Of a stretch of 64,000 nucleotides of DNA, positions 30,500-40,968 are shown one piece after another. This DNA is from an uncultured Gemmatimonadales bacterium. Its GTDB lineage: Bacteria; Gemmatimonadota; Gemmatimonadetes; Longimicrobiales; RSA9. The stretch's first letter is position 1. Every line of letters begins with the position of its first letter. Under the pieces are notes generated by a model, which saw nothing but the letters and a program-made list of their open reading frames with translations, did not search any database and had not been told where the DNA came from. The stretch is from positions 1 through 64,000 of the forward strand of contig CAWCRS010000002.1 in the NCBI GenBank assembly GCA_963798085.1, in the 5' to 3' direction. The position numbers and the translations under genes were made by a program.

Positions 30500-33400
30500 C
30501 TACCTCCCGCCGACCCCGCCGACCGCTCCCTGCGCGAAGTTGAACTGTCCGAATATGGCGAACTGCAGCTGGCTGGAGCCGGTGGTGGTGCCGACGTGGG
30601 AGTCGCGGCCGGTGTAGTTCAGTCGCATGCCCACGGTGATGTCGGAGAGCACGGTGTCGAGCGTGAAGTTGATGTTGCGGTTGGCGGTATCGAGGTAGTT
30701 GACGCACGGATCGTTGCCCAGGCCGAGTGGTGTGATGCGGCAGCGGCGCTGATTGTCCTGCGTGAACATCAGGCGTGCGGAGATGGGGCTCTTGAACTTG
30801 GCCTTCATGAACGCGGGCGGCTGGACGATGCTGGCGAACTGGATCGTGTGTGTGGTGCCATCCTGCTGGCCGTTGCCGGTGGGGTCGAGTGTGGTGCCCC
30901 GCGTGATCGTCGCGTTCCACGACACGGTGACGCCGCCGGCGATTGTGACGCTGGTCTCGAACGGGTAGCGGTTTTCCAGCAGTCCCCTCGCCTGTGTGCC
31001 GCTGCCGCCGTACGCGCTGCGCTGGTCGCCGCGTTCGTAGCCGCCGCCAATGGATGCGGAGAGCAGCACGCGGGACAGTGCGGCGGGCAGCGGGATCTGG
31101 CTCCAGGACACGCGCAGGCTGGGCCAGGTGATGTTCTGCTGCGTGCGTGCGCCGCCGCGGATGTCGAAGCCGTTGCTGCTGGAGTTCGTGTAGCGCAGCG
31201 CCAGCTGTCCGCTCAGGGGCAGGCGGGTGATCCCGCCGGCCGTCAGGTCCATGCGCTGCAGTGTGGTGACCGCGGTGTCAGCACCCAGCGCGCGGAAGCC
31301 GGCCAGCCCGCCCAGTCCCAGCTGGTAGCCGGATGCCGCATTGCGGGTTTCGCGATCGAAGCTGGACGTGAGCCCGCTGTTCCAGGTCATCGTCAGGCTC
31401 TGCACGTTGCTGATCAGCCTGAGCAGGCTGCCGTGCACGGAGTCACGCTCCAGCGAGCGCACCAGCAGGCCCGGCTGGATGTCGAGGCGCCGGTCGATGC
31501 GGCGATCACTGCCGAAGCGGCGCTGCAGCACGGCGAGTGAATCGCCATTGTCGACATCCACCTCGAAGAAGCTGGGATCGCGGTTTGTCTGGAAGCGGTT
31601 GCTGAAGCTCCAGCTGGGGCGCAGCCAGTCGGCGACCACCGGCCTGATGGACAGCGACGATGTCAGTGAGCGACTCGTCTCCCAGCCGACGTCCGTGCCC
31701 GCGACGCTGCTGCGCGCGCGACGCAGTGCGTCCTGTGTGATCGGCAGCGCCGAGACGACATCCGGGTCCAGCAGGTCGCGGCTGCTGCGCGCCGACAGGC
31801 CAGCGACCACGGCATCGAAGGGCGCGAACGCGATGTCGGCGGTGTTGTCCAGCCCGCGCTGTGGCGAGAGAATCGGTGCCAGCGTGGCATCACCTGGGTC
31901 GGCGAGAATGCTGGAGTAGCGGAACGCCTTCGCATTGGCGTTCCGATAGAGTGTGCCGAAGCCCAGGCGTTGCGGTGTCCAGCGCATGCGCCCGCTCAGG
32001 AGCCGCTGGAAGAAGGCGCTCCGTTCGATGCGGTCGGGTGTGATGGCGCGCAGCGCGTTTTCCACGAAGCCCGGCAGGATGTCGATGTCGTGGCGCGCAA
32101 TGTCGCGATGGTAGTCGATGCCGCCGCGGAAGGCGCCGCTCTCGTTGCGCGACGTGATCGTGTTCGTGTGCGCGGCGTCGTAACCCAGGCTGATGCTCGT
32201 GCCATCCACCAGCAGGCCCAGCAGCGCGTTGGAGCTGGGCGTGCGTTTGCTGATGCGCATGCCGAAGCTGGTGGTGCCCGCGCCACTGTCGCGCAGTCCC
32301 TGCAGGCCGCTGGCGGGCACGTCGCTGCGCTCGAGGAAGCTGGGATTGCGCACCGATGCGCTGTGCGTGACGCTGATGGGAATGTCCAGGCCCCAGCTGG
32401 CCGGCAGCACGTGGTCCAGCTGCGCGCGTGTGCTCAGGCTCAGGTCGCCCGTACCCACGTAGCTCGCGTCCTGGCTGAGCGAGCGGAACACCGCGCTCTG
32501 GCTGGAATAGCCCAGCGTCGCCGACAGTGCGTCACTCTGCAGATCGAGCGTCACGTTGCTGGCGCCGCCGGGGTCCTGCACCGCGTGGTCCAGGCGGATG
32601 TCATCGATCCAGACTTCGCCTGTGACGGGTGCCCCGCCACCATTGTAGACAGCCAGCGAGAACTCGCGGATGGCGGCCAGGTTGGGCGCGCGCGCACGGT
32701 CCTCCAGCACCAGCGCGTACGTGCTGTCCGCGCTCCACACCGTGTCCTGCGTGTTGGTGCTGAAGCTGCTGCGCGCCAGCTGTTCTTCCGCCTGCGCGCG
32801 CAGGTCGAACCAGCGCTGGAAGTCGATGGTCAGCTCGGGCAGCCAGTCCGCCGTGTGCACCGCGCCGCCGCCCGCGCTGTGCGGCAGTCTTGCCATGTAC
32901 AGGTAGTAGTTGCGCGGATCCGTGCCCACCTTGATAACAAGGCGTTCCGGTCCGGTGGGCCCCCACTGTCCCGCGTGCGCCACCGCCCAGACGCGCAGCT
33001 GGCGATACGTCATGAACGGGCGAGGCTGCTGGGGATAGCGGAAATAGACTTCGGCGCGGTCTTCGGGCTGCAGCGACGTGTAGCCGATGCGCAGCGACTT
33101 CTCGTTCACCTCGACGCCGCTGGCGCCGAACTGCGCGCTGGGATCCTGCAGCTGGTCGCTCACACCGGGCGGCGGCGCGTAGTCGGCGCCCACGGTCACC
33201 GCGCTCACCGGGCCCACCTGCACCTCGGTCAGTCCGCCCGACGGACTGTCCTGGTCGCTCAGCAACCCGCTCAGCACGCCGCTCACATTGCGCTTGATCC
33301 AGCGCGATCCCACTATGTTCATGCGTGCCATAACCATCTGTTTGCGGATGCCGCCGGGCGCGCCCACCACGGTCATGCGCAGGTGCTTGATGAAACGCCA

Positions 33401-36400
33401 GGTGCCATCGTTGGCCCCGTTGACGGCCGCACCGTCGCGCAGGCGGATACGGTAGAGGCGAAACCCCGTGCCGGTCTGCGCCGTGTCGCGCACCAGATAG
33501 GGGGATGCCGCCTGGTCCAGCCGCACGACGTAGCGGAAATACGGCCCGTCGTTCTCGTCCAGCACGCCGTTGCCGTCCAGGTCTTCGGTGTCGGCAACGC
33601 CGTTGCCGCGTGTGCAGTTCGAGCGCTCATCGCCCAGCGGGTAGGACTGCAGCGCCGCGACCTGGCAGGGCTGGTCCCACAGGCCTCGCCCGTCGGCGGC
33701 CGAGCCCCACACCTCGTGCTGCGAGATCCTCGCCTCCTCGTCCAGCACACCCAGGCCCCAGGGCCGGCCGTCCTCCCGGTAGGTGCCGGTCGTGTGACCG
33801 GCGGAATCCACGTAGAACCCGTCCTCGCCCACCGAGCCGAAGTCGAAGATCAGCGCCATGGGCTCGGCGCCGCCCTCGCTGACGTAGAACTCGAAGTACT
33901 CGTCGCGCGTCATGTCGCGGCCCGTCGTCGATAACACTGTTGTTATCGAGCGCCACACCGTCTGACCCGTTACGTTGTTGTGGTCGCCGAATGTGAGCCA
34001 CATGGCGGGCTCGGGCAGCTGGTTGCCGACGATATTGATCTGCCGGTCAATGTCGCGCTGCGGCACCAGGCTGCCCGCCACCCCGCTTTCGCTGCTGAAG
34101 TCGTGCTGCCACACGAGCCTCGCCGCGTTGGTTGCGTCGCGGGACGGAGGCAGAAGGCCGTCGTCGCCTGTGGTATTGTCCGGCCTCGAGCCCAGCTTCC
34201 ACTGCTGGCGCCGCACATCGATGCTGATCTGGTCCGTCCCTTCGAAGTCATCGAAGTAGGCCTGGCCGCGCCGGTTGGGATCCGGATCCGACGTGGCCAT
34301 TTCACCCGACAGCGTGAGACGCGCGGGTGTGTTGGAGCGCATGCCCGGCATCCTCGCCAGTGCGTGATCGAGCCAGGCACCGCCCAGGTCGAGGTCCGCG
34401 CTCACGCCGCCCAGGAAGATCGCGGCGGGCTCGGTGCCCAGCTGCGGCCGCGCATACAGCGTGCGCTGCGACTGGTAGAGTCCCACGAAGTGCAGCGCGC
34501 CGCGTTCGCCCAGCCGGTACGTGAGATTGGCCCCGTAAATGCTCGTGGGCGCGATCTGGAACAGCGAGCGCTGCTCCAGCTGCACGCGGATCTCGGCGTT
34601 GGGGTTCGCTGCGAACAGCGTTGTTGGATCGGTGAGCGTGACCTGGCCGATCTCGTAGTCGATGTTGTAGTCGACACCGCGCTCCAGCTTGCGGTCGCCG
34701 ATGCTGACGCGTTCGCTGCCTTCGCGGATGCCGAACTGTCCCAGGCTGAACGAGGAAGCCAGCCCCTCCACCTGCACGCGATAGGCGAGGTTGAGGCGGA
34801 AGCGGCCGCCGCCATCGCGCGCCACCGGATCCGTGTTCAGGTAGATCGTCTGATTGGCATCACTCCCGAGCAGCGCTTTCGCAGCCGTCGCCGTCAGCCC
34901 CGCACTGGGCACGGGCGGCGGTGTCAGGAACGGCTCCAGCGTGGGAAACACGATGTACGTGCCCGTGATCTTCGCCGAGCCCTGTGTGCCGGTCAGTGCG
35001 TCCGGCTGGAAGATCTGGGCGATGTCGAGCTTGTCCGTGGGCGCGTCTTCGTCGAGTCCGAACAGACGCAGAAACGTGACCTGTGTGCCGCCGTTATCGC
35101 GGAACGTGCTGCCGCCCACGATGTCGCCCAGCGAGATGCGCAGGTCGACGGTCGACAGGTCGACGCCGCTCGAGCTGTTCACGCGATAGACCTGGTGCAT
35201 CTCGAAGCGCCAGGTCGGTGAACCGGGCTGGTGTGTGGCCACCGGGCTGCGCAGCAGGCGCAGCGTCGGCGTCGTGCCGGGCGGCGACTGTTCGGCGTTG
35301 ATCGTACCCACCGTGTCGCCCGATTCCGTCACGTAGGAAATGGCAAGCGCTTCATCGGTGCGCAGCGGTGAGCGCAGCATGATCCAGAGACCGCTCTGGT
35401 GCACGATGTAATCCTGGTCCGGATCCAGCCGGCGGAACTGGCCGCTGTGCTTCAGCTGACCATCCTCGGAAACGGCGTTCGCCAGGAACAGGTTCACCTG
35501 CTGCTGTCCGCTGGCGGGCGGAATGCGCTCGTCGCGGTAGATCTGGATGATGCCGCCCTGTGCGGGGCGCAGGCGGGTGGGTGCATCACTGGCGCGCAGC
35601 TGCAGCGCATCGATGTGCGGAGAGCTGGCGAGGCTGTCGGGATTGACGAGGAAGAAGAACTGGCCCTTCACGTAATCCGCGTCGTCGATTACGATCTGGT
35701 CATCCTGCACCAGGCCCTGCTGCGCGCCGCCGCCCAGGCGGAATTCCTTCGTGCTGAGATCGCCGCGCTGCTGCGCGCCCACGAACTGGAAGTCGATGGG
35801 TCCCAGCTGGCCGCTGGCCATGAGACCGAAGTTGCCGGCGGGAATGCCCTGCGTGAGGTAGCGCGAGCGGGGCAGTGCGAACTGCACGTCGCCCACTTCC
35901 ACGCGCTGCAGCACCTCATCCGGCATGCCCTGATAGAACACGTTGATCAGGTTGGAATTGAACGTCTCTTCGCGCGTCTGGTCGTAGTCCACATTGAGAT
36001 GCACGCGATCCGAGATGGTGCCGCCGACCTGCACACTGAACTGCACGTTGGGTTTGATCTGCGGAAAGAGTCCGGGATTGCAGTTGAGGTGCAGGCTCGG
36101 ATCACAGGGATGGAAGCGAGTCCAGGAGCCGCCCATCTCGCCCACGCCGCTGATCTTCATGCCAATGTCGGCGTAGCGGCCGAGCGCGCCCGGCAGCAGG
36201 TCCTTCGTCGTGTCGCGGCGCACGGGCGGTGGCGGCAGGAACTCCGCTGGCTGCGGCGCCACAGCGGCTTCGGCGATCAGTGTATCCGGTGTTCGTCCCG
36301 CGGCCAGACCGAGCCAGCCGACGGGATCGAAGCGCACGTTCGTCGCCCAGTCGCGGACATAGTCGTGGAAGCTCATGCGACTGAACAGCACGGTGTCCAG

Positions 36401-36589
36401 CTGGGGCAGGCGGAAATCGATGGGAACGACCGCAGGCAACCGCGCGAGGCCCAGCTGGATCGGCCGGGCCTTCGTGGTATCGCGTGCAAATGCGGGCGGA
36501 CGCGTCGCGCCCCCCGCTCCCGTGACCTGCGCGGCCGCCGTAGTCGTACGTGCGAGCAGCAGCAGAAAGAACAGCCAGAAATGCTTCAT
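30500..36589 (-). CDS. sprA: SprA/Sov-like very large outer-membrane protein
   Basis: About 2000 aa; VGGTISDRVHLNVDYD, GNFGL, LERGVDYNIDYEIGQV, TEDLDGNGVLD, GEVWIDDIRL; beta-rich C-terminus. Confidence 0.72.
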   Translation of the reverse strand: MKHFWLFFLLLLARTTTAAAQVTGAGGATRPPAFARDTTKARPIQLGLARLPAVVPIDFRLPQLDTVLFSRMSFHDYVRDWATNVRFDPVGWLGLAAGRTPDTLIAEAAVAPQPAEFLPPPPVRRDTTKDLLPGALGRYADIGMKISGVGEMGGSWTRFHPCDPSLHLNCNPGLFPQIKPNVQFSVQVGGTISDRVHLNVDYDQTREETFNSNLINVFYQGMPDEVLQRVEVGDVQFALPRSRYLTQGIPAGNFGLMASGQLGPIDFQFVGAQQRGDLSTKEFRLGGGAQQGLVQDDQIVIDDADYVKGQFFFLVNPDSLASSPHIDALQLRASDAPTRLRPAQGGIIQIYRDERIPPASGQQQVNLFLANAVSEDGQLKHSGQFRRLDPDQDYIVHQSGLWIMLRSPLRTDEALAISYVTESGDTVGTINAEQSPPGTTPTLRLLRSPVATHQPGSPTWRFEMHQVYRVNSSSGVDLSTVDLRISLGDIVGGSTFRDNGGTQVTFLRLFGLDEDAPTDKLDIAQIFQPDALTGTQGSAKITGTYIVFPTLEPFLTPPPVPSAGLTATAAKALLGSDANQTIYLNTDPVARDGGGRFRLNLAYRVQVEGLASSFSLGQFGIREGSERVSIGDRKLERGVDYNIDYEIGQVTLTDPTTLFAANPNAEIRVQLEQRSLFQIAPTSIYGANLTYRLGERGALHFVGLYQSQRTLYARPQLGTEPAAIFLGGVSADLDLGGAWLDHALARMPGMRSNTPARLTLSGEMATSDPDPNRRGQAYFDDFEGTDQISIDVRRQQWKLGSRPDNTTGDDGLLPPSRDATNAARLVWQHDFSSESGVAGSLVPQRDIDRQINIVGNQLPEPAMWLTFGDHNNVTGQTVWRSITTVLSTTGRDMTRDEYFEFYVSEGGAEPMALIFDFGSVGEDGFYVDSAGHTTGTYREDGRPWGLGVLDEEARISQHEVWGSAADGRGLWDQPCQVAALQSYPLGDERSNCTRGNGVADTEDLDGNGVLDENDGPYFRYVVRLDQAASPYLVRDTAQTGTGFRLYRIRLRDGAAVNGANDGTWRFIKHLRMTVVGAPGGIRKQMVMARMNIVGSRWIKRNVSGVLSGLLSDQDSPSGGLTEVQVGPVSAVTVGADYAPPPGVSDQLQDPSAQFGASGVEVNEKSLRIGYTSLQPEDRAEVYFRYPQQPRPFMTYRQLRVWAVAHAGQWGPTGPERLVIKVGTDPRNYYLYMARLPHSAGGGAVHTADWLPELTIDFQRWFDLRAQAEEQLARSSFSTNTQDTVWSADSTYALVLEDRARAPNLAAIREFSLAVYNGGGAPVTGEVWIDDIRLDHAVQDPGGASNVTLDLQSDALSATLGYSSQSAVFRSLSQDASYVGTGDLSLSTRAQLDHVLPASWGLDIPISVTHSASVRNPSFLERSDVPASGLQGLRDSGAGTTSFGMRISKRTPSSNALLGLLVDGTSISLGYDAAHTNTITSRNESGAFRGGIDYHRDIARHDIDILPGFVENALRAITPDRIERSAFFQRLLSGRMRWTPQRLGFGTLYRNANAKAFRYSSILADPGDATLAPILSPQRGLDNTADIAFAPFDAVVAGLSARSSRDLLDPDVVSALPITQDALRRARSSVAGTDVGWETSRSLTSSLSIRPVVADWLRPSWSFSNRFQTNRDPSFFEVDVDNGDSLAVLQRRFGSDRRIDRRLDIQPGLLVRSLERDSVHGSLLRLISNVQSLTMTWNSGLTSSFDRETRNAASGYQLGLGGLAGFRALGADTAVTTLQRMDLTAGGITRLPLSGQLALRYTNSSSNGFDIRGGARTQQNITWPSLRVSWSQIPLPAALSRVLLSASIGGGYERGDQRSAYGGSGTQARGLLENRYPFETSVTIAGGVTVSWNATITRGTTLDPTGNGQQDGTTHTIQFASIVQPPAFMKAKFKSPISARLMFTQDNQRRCRITPLGLGNDPCVNYLDTANRNINFTLDTVLSDITVGMRLNYTGRDSHVGTTTGSSQLQFAIFGQFNFAQGAVGGVGGR

Positions 36590-36824
36590 GCGGCGGAACC
36601 GCGCCGTACCGGAGCCGCACGGAGACCTCGGATTCAGTCTCCTTCCCACGCCGGCCGCGCGGACTGGTGACAGCGTGAAGGGCCGAATATAGTCTGCGTT
36701 CGCAATGTCCTCAACGCGCTCCGAGGCGTCCGCCTCTGCCCCGGCCACGGCCAGCGGACCCCGGCGACCGCCTCCGGCGTAGCACACGCGTCCGATCGGT
36801 CCTCCGGGGTTCAACGTCGAAGCC

Positions 36825-38297
36825 ATGCGAATACTGACGCGCTATCTGCTGCGGACGCATTTTCCGCCGTTCCTGTTCGCGCTGACCGTGCTCACCGGTC
36901 TGCTCTTCGTGAACACGATCGCGCGTCGTTTCGCCGATCTCGCCGGCAAGGGTCTGGGCGCTCACATCATTCTCGAGGTGTTCGGCCTCTCGCTGCCGCA
37001 CATTGTCGCGCTCACGCTGCCCATGGCGGTGCTCGTCGCGGTGCTCTACGCCTTCAGCCAGCTCACCGCGGACAACGAAATCACCGCGCTCAAGGCCAGC
37101 GGCACGAACCTGCTGCGCGTGCTCCTCCCGCTGCTCGGCGCCGCCATCCTGCTGGCACTCATCATGGTGTGGTTCAACGATCGCATTCTGCCCGAGACGA
37201 ATCACCGGCTGAAGAATCTGATGTCGGACATCGGACGCAAGAGCCCGACGCTCACACTGAAGGAGCAGGTGATCAACCCCATCCGCCCGCAGCAGGACCT
37301 GCGCGCACAATATTTCCTGCAGGCGGCGCACATCCACCAGGCCACGAATCGCCTGACGGACGTGACCATCTACGATATGAGTCTGCCGCAGAAGGTGCGC
37401 ACCATCTACGCGGACAGCGGGCGCATGGCCTGGAACCCCAGCCAGACCAACCTCATGCTGACGCTGTACGACGGCTGGGTCTACGAAGTCAGCACAGTCG
37501 AGCCGAACAAGTTCTCGCGCGTGCGTTTCGGCGAGCATCTGCAGGTCATGAAGGGCGTGGGCAGCGAGCTGACGCGTGTCAACGAGTCGTACCGCAGCGA
37601 TCGCGAGATGTCGCTCGAGATGATGGCCGCGCGCATGGACAGCTCGCGCTCCGAGATCGACTCATTGACGGCCGAAGCGCTCAAGAAGAACACCTTCGCC
37701 GTGCGCCAGGCGCTGGCCGGTCCGCGGGACCTCAGCCCGCTGGATCCCACACCCGTACTGCCGCCCAGTGCGGGCGGCATTCGCTACGCCGAGCTGGGCC
37801 CCGCCACGCAGCATCCCGGCGTCTGGGATGCGGAGGACCATCTCGTCCGCCGTACATCGCTCGAATTGCAGGTGCTGCGCAACCAGATCCAGGCGAGACA
37901 GCTCGAGATCAACCGGCTGACCGTGGAATACCACAAGAAATTCGCCATCCCTGCCGCGTGCATTGTGTTCGTGCTCGTGGGCGCACCCATCGCCGTGCGC
38001 TTCCCGCGCGGCGGCGCCGGCATGGTCATCGCCATCTCGCTGTTCGTCTTCGCCATCTACTACATGTCGCTGATCGGCGGCGAATCGCTCGGCGACCGCG
38101 GCCTGGTATTGCCCTGGTCCGGCCCCTGGGCGCCCAACATCGTGTTTACCGCCCTCGCCGTCTGGGGCCTGGCCCGCATCGGCCGCGAGACCAGCTCCGC
38201 CCGCGGCGGCGGCTGGGACGACCTCTGGCTCTCCATCCGAACCTTCTTCACCAGACCCTTCCGGCACCGTGCCGCCGTCCCGGCTGCGGGAGACTAG
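36825..38297 (+). CDS. lptF: LPS export permease, LptF/LptG family
   Basis: ILTRYLLR, LTLPMAVL, DNEITALKASG, EYHKKFAIP, WAPN. Confidence 0.85.
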   Translation: MRILTRYLLRTHFPPFLFALTVLTGLLFVNTIARRFADLAGKGLGAHIILEVFGLSLPHIVALTLPMAVLVAVLYAFSQLTADNEITALKASGTNLLRVLLPLLGAAILLALIMVWFNDRILPETNHRLKNLMSDIGRKSPTLTLKEQVINPIRPQQDLRAQYFLQAAHIHQATNRLTDVTIYDMSLPQKVRTIYADSGRMAWNPSQTNLMLTLYDGWVYEVSTVEPNKFSRVRFGEHLQVMKGVGSELTRVNESYRSDREMSLEMMAARMDSSRSEIDSLTAEALKKNTFAVRQALAGPRDLSPLDPTPVLPPSAGGIRYAELGPATQHPGVWDAEDHLVRRTSLELQVLRNQIQARQLEINRLTVEYHKKFAIPAACIVFVLVGAPIAVRFPRGGAGMVIAISLFVFAIYYMSLIGGESLGDRGLVLPWSGPWAPNIVFTALAVWGLARIGRETSSARGGGWDDLWLSIRTFFTRPFRHRAAVPAAGD

Positions 38298-38312
38298 AAC
38301 GGAACATGAGAT

Positions 38313-38650
38313 GCGTTGCTGAGGCTGGTTGCTCGGGCTGGTTGCCTGGGATCAGATTCGAGGACGGCCGAAACAGCGTTGCTGTTTGCTGGTTCAATTA
38401 CCGGGAAACGGATTCGAGGATGACTGCAACTCGCGTAAGGAAGCGTCCCTGACAGCGTGTTCGATGAAGCCATGCGCATGAATGGACTCGAGGCGCCGGC
38501 AAACCCATTTCAGGCGACGCTTCCCGGTCCGCGCCCTCTTCGCAACGCGGTCCGCTCGCTCCGTCGCGCGCCCTGCTACAGCACTGCCGTTTCCGCATTT
38601 CGTGCATCCGTTCCCCAGCAACCAGCCCCGGCAACCAGCCCCACCAACGC
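38313..38650. repeat. Inverted-repeat element between lptF and lptG
   Basis: GCGTTGCTGAGGCTGGTTGCTCGGGCTGGTTGC ... GCAACCAGCCCCGGCAACCAGCCCCACCAACGC. Confidence 0.8.
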
Positions 38651-38662
38651 CGTCAAAACCCA

Positions 38663-39736
38663 ATGATCCGCATCCTCGATCGCTACGTGACCCGCGAGTT
38701 CCTGCGGCTCTTCATCCTGTTCTCGCTGGCCGCGCCACTGCTGTTCGTATTGGGCGACTGGACCGACAACATCGACACCTATACCGAGCGGCAGCTGGCC
38801 ACCAGCCGTGTGCTGCTCGGCTATGCCTACAAGCTGCCGCAGTTCATCCTGTTCTCGCTGCCCATTGCTTCGCTGATCGCCACCGTGTTCACGGTCAGCG
38901 CCATGACGCGGCATTCGGAAATGTCCGCCGCCAAGGCGGGTGGCATCAGCTTCTACCGCGCGACGTTCATGCTGCCCGTGATGGGTGTGCTGGTCACGCT
39001 GGCCGGACTGGCGCTCGCCGAGCTGGTTCCCATCACCCTGGTGCGCGCCGCCGAGCTGTTCGGCGAACGCACGGGCTACATGGGCTCGCGCAGTGATTTC
39101 GTCTATCGCGCCGCGGATGGCGCCGTGTACGGCATCCGGCGCCTGGACCTCGACTCCAGGCGCATCGACCAGCTGACCATCGACCTCGAGGGCAACGGCA
39201 CGACCACGCCCACGTTCAGCGAGTATGCCCGCCAGGCGGCCTGGGACTCCATCAATGGCTGGACCCTGACCGACGGTTACCTGCGCATCCTCTGGCCCGG
39301 CCAGCCGGAACGCGCCGTGCGTTTCGAGCGCATGCGCCCGATTCGCCTGCACGAACGGCCCGAGGAACTGCTCGCCGAACCCAAGGAGCCGGACGAGATG
39401 CGCTACGCCGAGCTGGGACGCTTCATCGGTGCACTGCGCCGTTCCGGCGGCAAGCCTTTCAAGCTCATGTTCAGCCAGGCCGAACGCATCGCCATCCCTG
39501 TCGCCACGCTCATCATCATCCTGTTCGGCACACCGCTCGCCAACTCCACCTCGCGCGGCGGCCCCGCCTACGGCATCGGCATCTCACTGGGCATCACCAT
39601 CGTGTACCTGATGCTGTTCAACATGCTCAAGGCGGTAGCCGAAGCCGGCACCATCGACCCCCTCCTCGCCGCCTGGATTCCCAACATGCTGTTCGCCGTC
39701 GCCGCCGCATTCTTCACCGTGCGTGTCCGCACCTGA
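38663..39736 (+). CDS. lptG: LPS export permease, LptF/LptG family
   Basis: ILDRYVTREF, RHSEMSAAKAGGIS, AAWIPN. Confidence 0.85.
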   Translation: MIRILDRYVTREFLRLFILFSLAAPLLFVLGDWTDNIDTYTERQLATSRVLLGYAYKLPQFILFSLPIASLIATVFTVSAMTRHSEMSAAKAGGISFYRATFMLPVMGVLVTLAGLALAELVPITLVRAAELFGERTGYMGSRSDFVYRAADGAVYGIRRLDLDSRRIDQLTIDLEGNGTTTPTFSEYARQAAWDSINGWTLTDGYLRILWPGQPERAVRFERMRPIRLHERPEELLAEPKEPDEMRYAELGRFIGALRRSGGKPFKLMFSQAERIAIPVATLIIILFGTPLANSTSRGGPAYGIGISLGITIVYLMLFNMLKAVAEAGTIDPLLAAWIPNMLFAVAAAFFTVRVRT

Positions 39737-40079
39737 CTCTTCACCGCGGAGGGCGCGGAGGTTGTGGCCTTCCTCCGAGAGACCGCGCTCCGCGCGTGTT
39801 AGTCATCACATCGGCTTGCCAGTCCAGTGGTTCCGTGACATCTGCTCCCGTCCTCGTGCGGGGCGCTCCTGTTTTGAGTCTTCACAGAATACATCGCTCA
39901 GAGAATCAGATCTCACGCAAATGCCGCAGCGGCTGTTGAACGGCGGTGCAGGATCTGATTTCATGGATGAGCAGATTCGGATGAGCAGATTCGTCGGTGG
40001 AATCGCCGTGTGTGATCCTTCTTGCGCAGCGACCTCGCCGGAAAGCGACGGAACACCAGACTGGACTCAGATCCGCAGA

Positions 40080-40946
40080 TCACTCCGCGCCCTTCGCGCC
40101 TTCCGCGGTGAGTGTCAAGCCAGTGAGCCGGGCCTGGAAGAGGATGCGGGCGGGGCCGCGCAGGCGGATGCTGTAGCCCTCGCTCACATCGATGTCGGCG
40201 GCGCCGCCGGGCATGCGCACTTCCACGCGGCCGGGCCGGAGCAGGCCCTGGCGCACCGCCGCGGCGGCGGCCGCGCACGCGCTCGAGCCCGAAGCCAGCG
40301 TCTCCCCCACGCCGCGTTCCCAGATCCACATCTCCAGGGCGCCCTCATCGGCTACCCTGGCAAACTGCACGTTAGTGCCGCGTGTGAAGACCGGGTGCGT
40401 GCACAGCCGCGGCGCGCGCGCCAGGAAGTCGGCGCGCTCCAGGGCATCCACGAATACCACGCAGTGCGGATTGCCCATGGACACGGTGGTGACGGTGGCA
40501 CTGCCACCGCCGGCCAGCGGCAGCGTCCGGCTCACGACTTCACCGGGCGCATCCCAGCCGACATCTACGGCCCGGAAGGAAGCGCGGCCCATCTCGACAC
40601 GCACATCGAGCGAGCCGTCGGGCCGCTCACCCTCGACACGCATGCGCACGCTGTCGCGCGAGAGGCGCACCGTGAACCATTCATTGCGCACCAGACCGAG
40701 GCCGTGCAGGAATGCCGCAAGGATGCGCAGGCCGTTGCCGCTCTTCTCGGCTTCGCTGCCGTCCGGGTTCAGGATGCGCAGTGCAAAGCCGCGGCGCATG
40801 TCGGCAATCAGCACGCCATCCGCGCCCACGCCGTTGTGCCGGTCGCAGAGCGCGGCGCAGCGGGCGCGCGTGAGGGGCGCGGTCAGCGTGGCGGCGTCCA
40901 CCACGAGGTAGTCGTTGCCCAGCGCAACACCCTTGTGGACCACCAT
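40080..40946 (-). CDS. dapF: Diaminopimelate epimerase
   Basis: LGNDY, GVGADG, NPDGSEAEKSGNGLR, SMGNPHCV, ERGVGETLASGS. Confidence 0.92.
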   Translation of the reverse strand: MVVHKGVALGNDYLVVDAATLTAPLTRARCAALCDRHNGVGADGVLIADMRRGFALRILNPDGSEAEKSGNGLRILAAFLHGLGLVRNEWFTVRLSRDSVRMRVEGERPDGSLDVRVEMGRASFRAVDVGWDAPGEVVSRTLPLAGGGSATVTTVSMGNPHCVVFVDALERADFLARAPRLCTHPVFTRGTNVQFARVADEGALEMWIWERGVGETLASGSSACAAAAAAVRQGLLRPGRVEVRMPGGAADIDVSEGYSIRLRGPARILFQARLTGLTLTAEGAKGAE

Positions 40947-40968
40947 GCCGGCGTCGGCGCTGGTCAGT

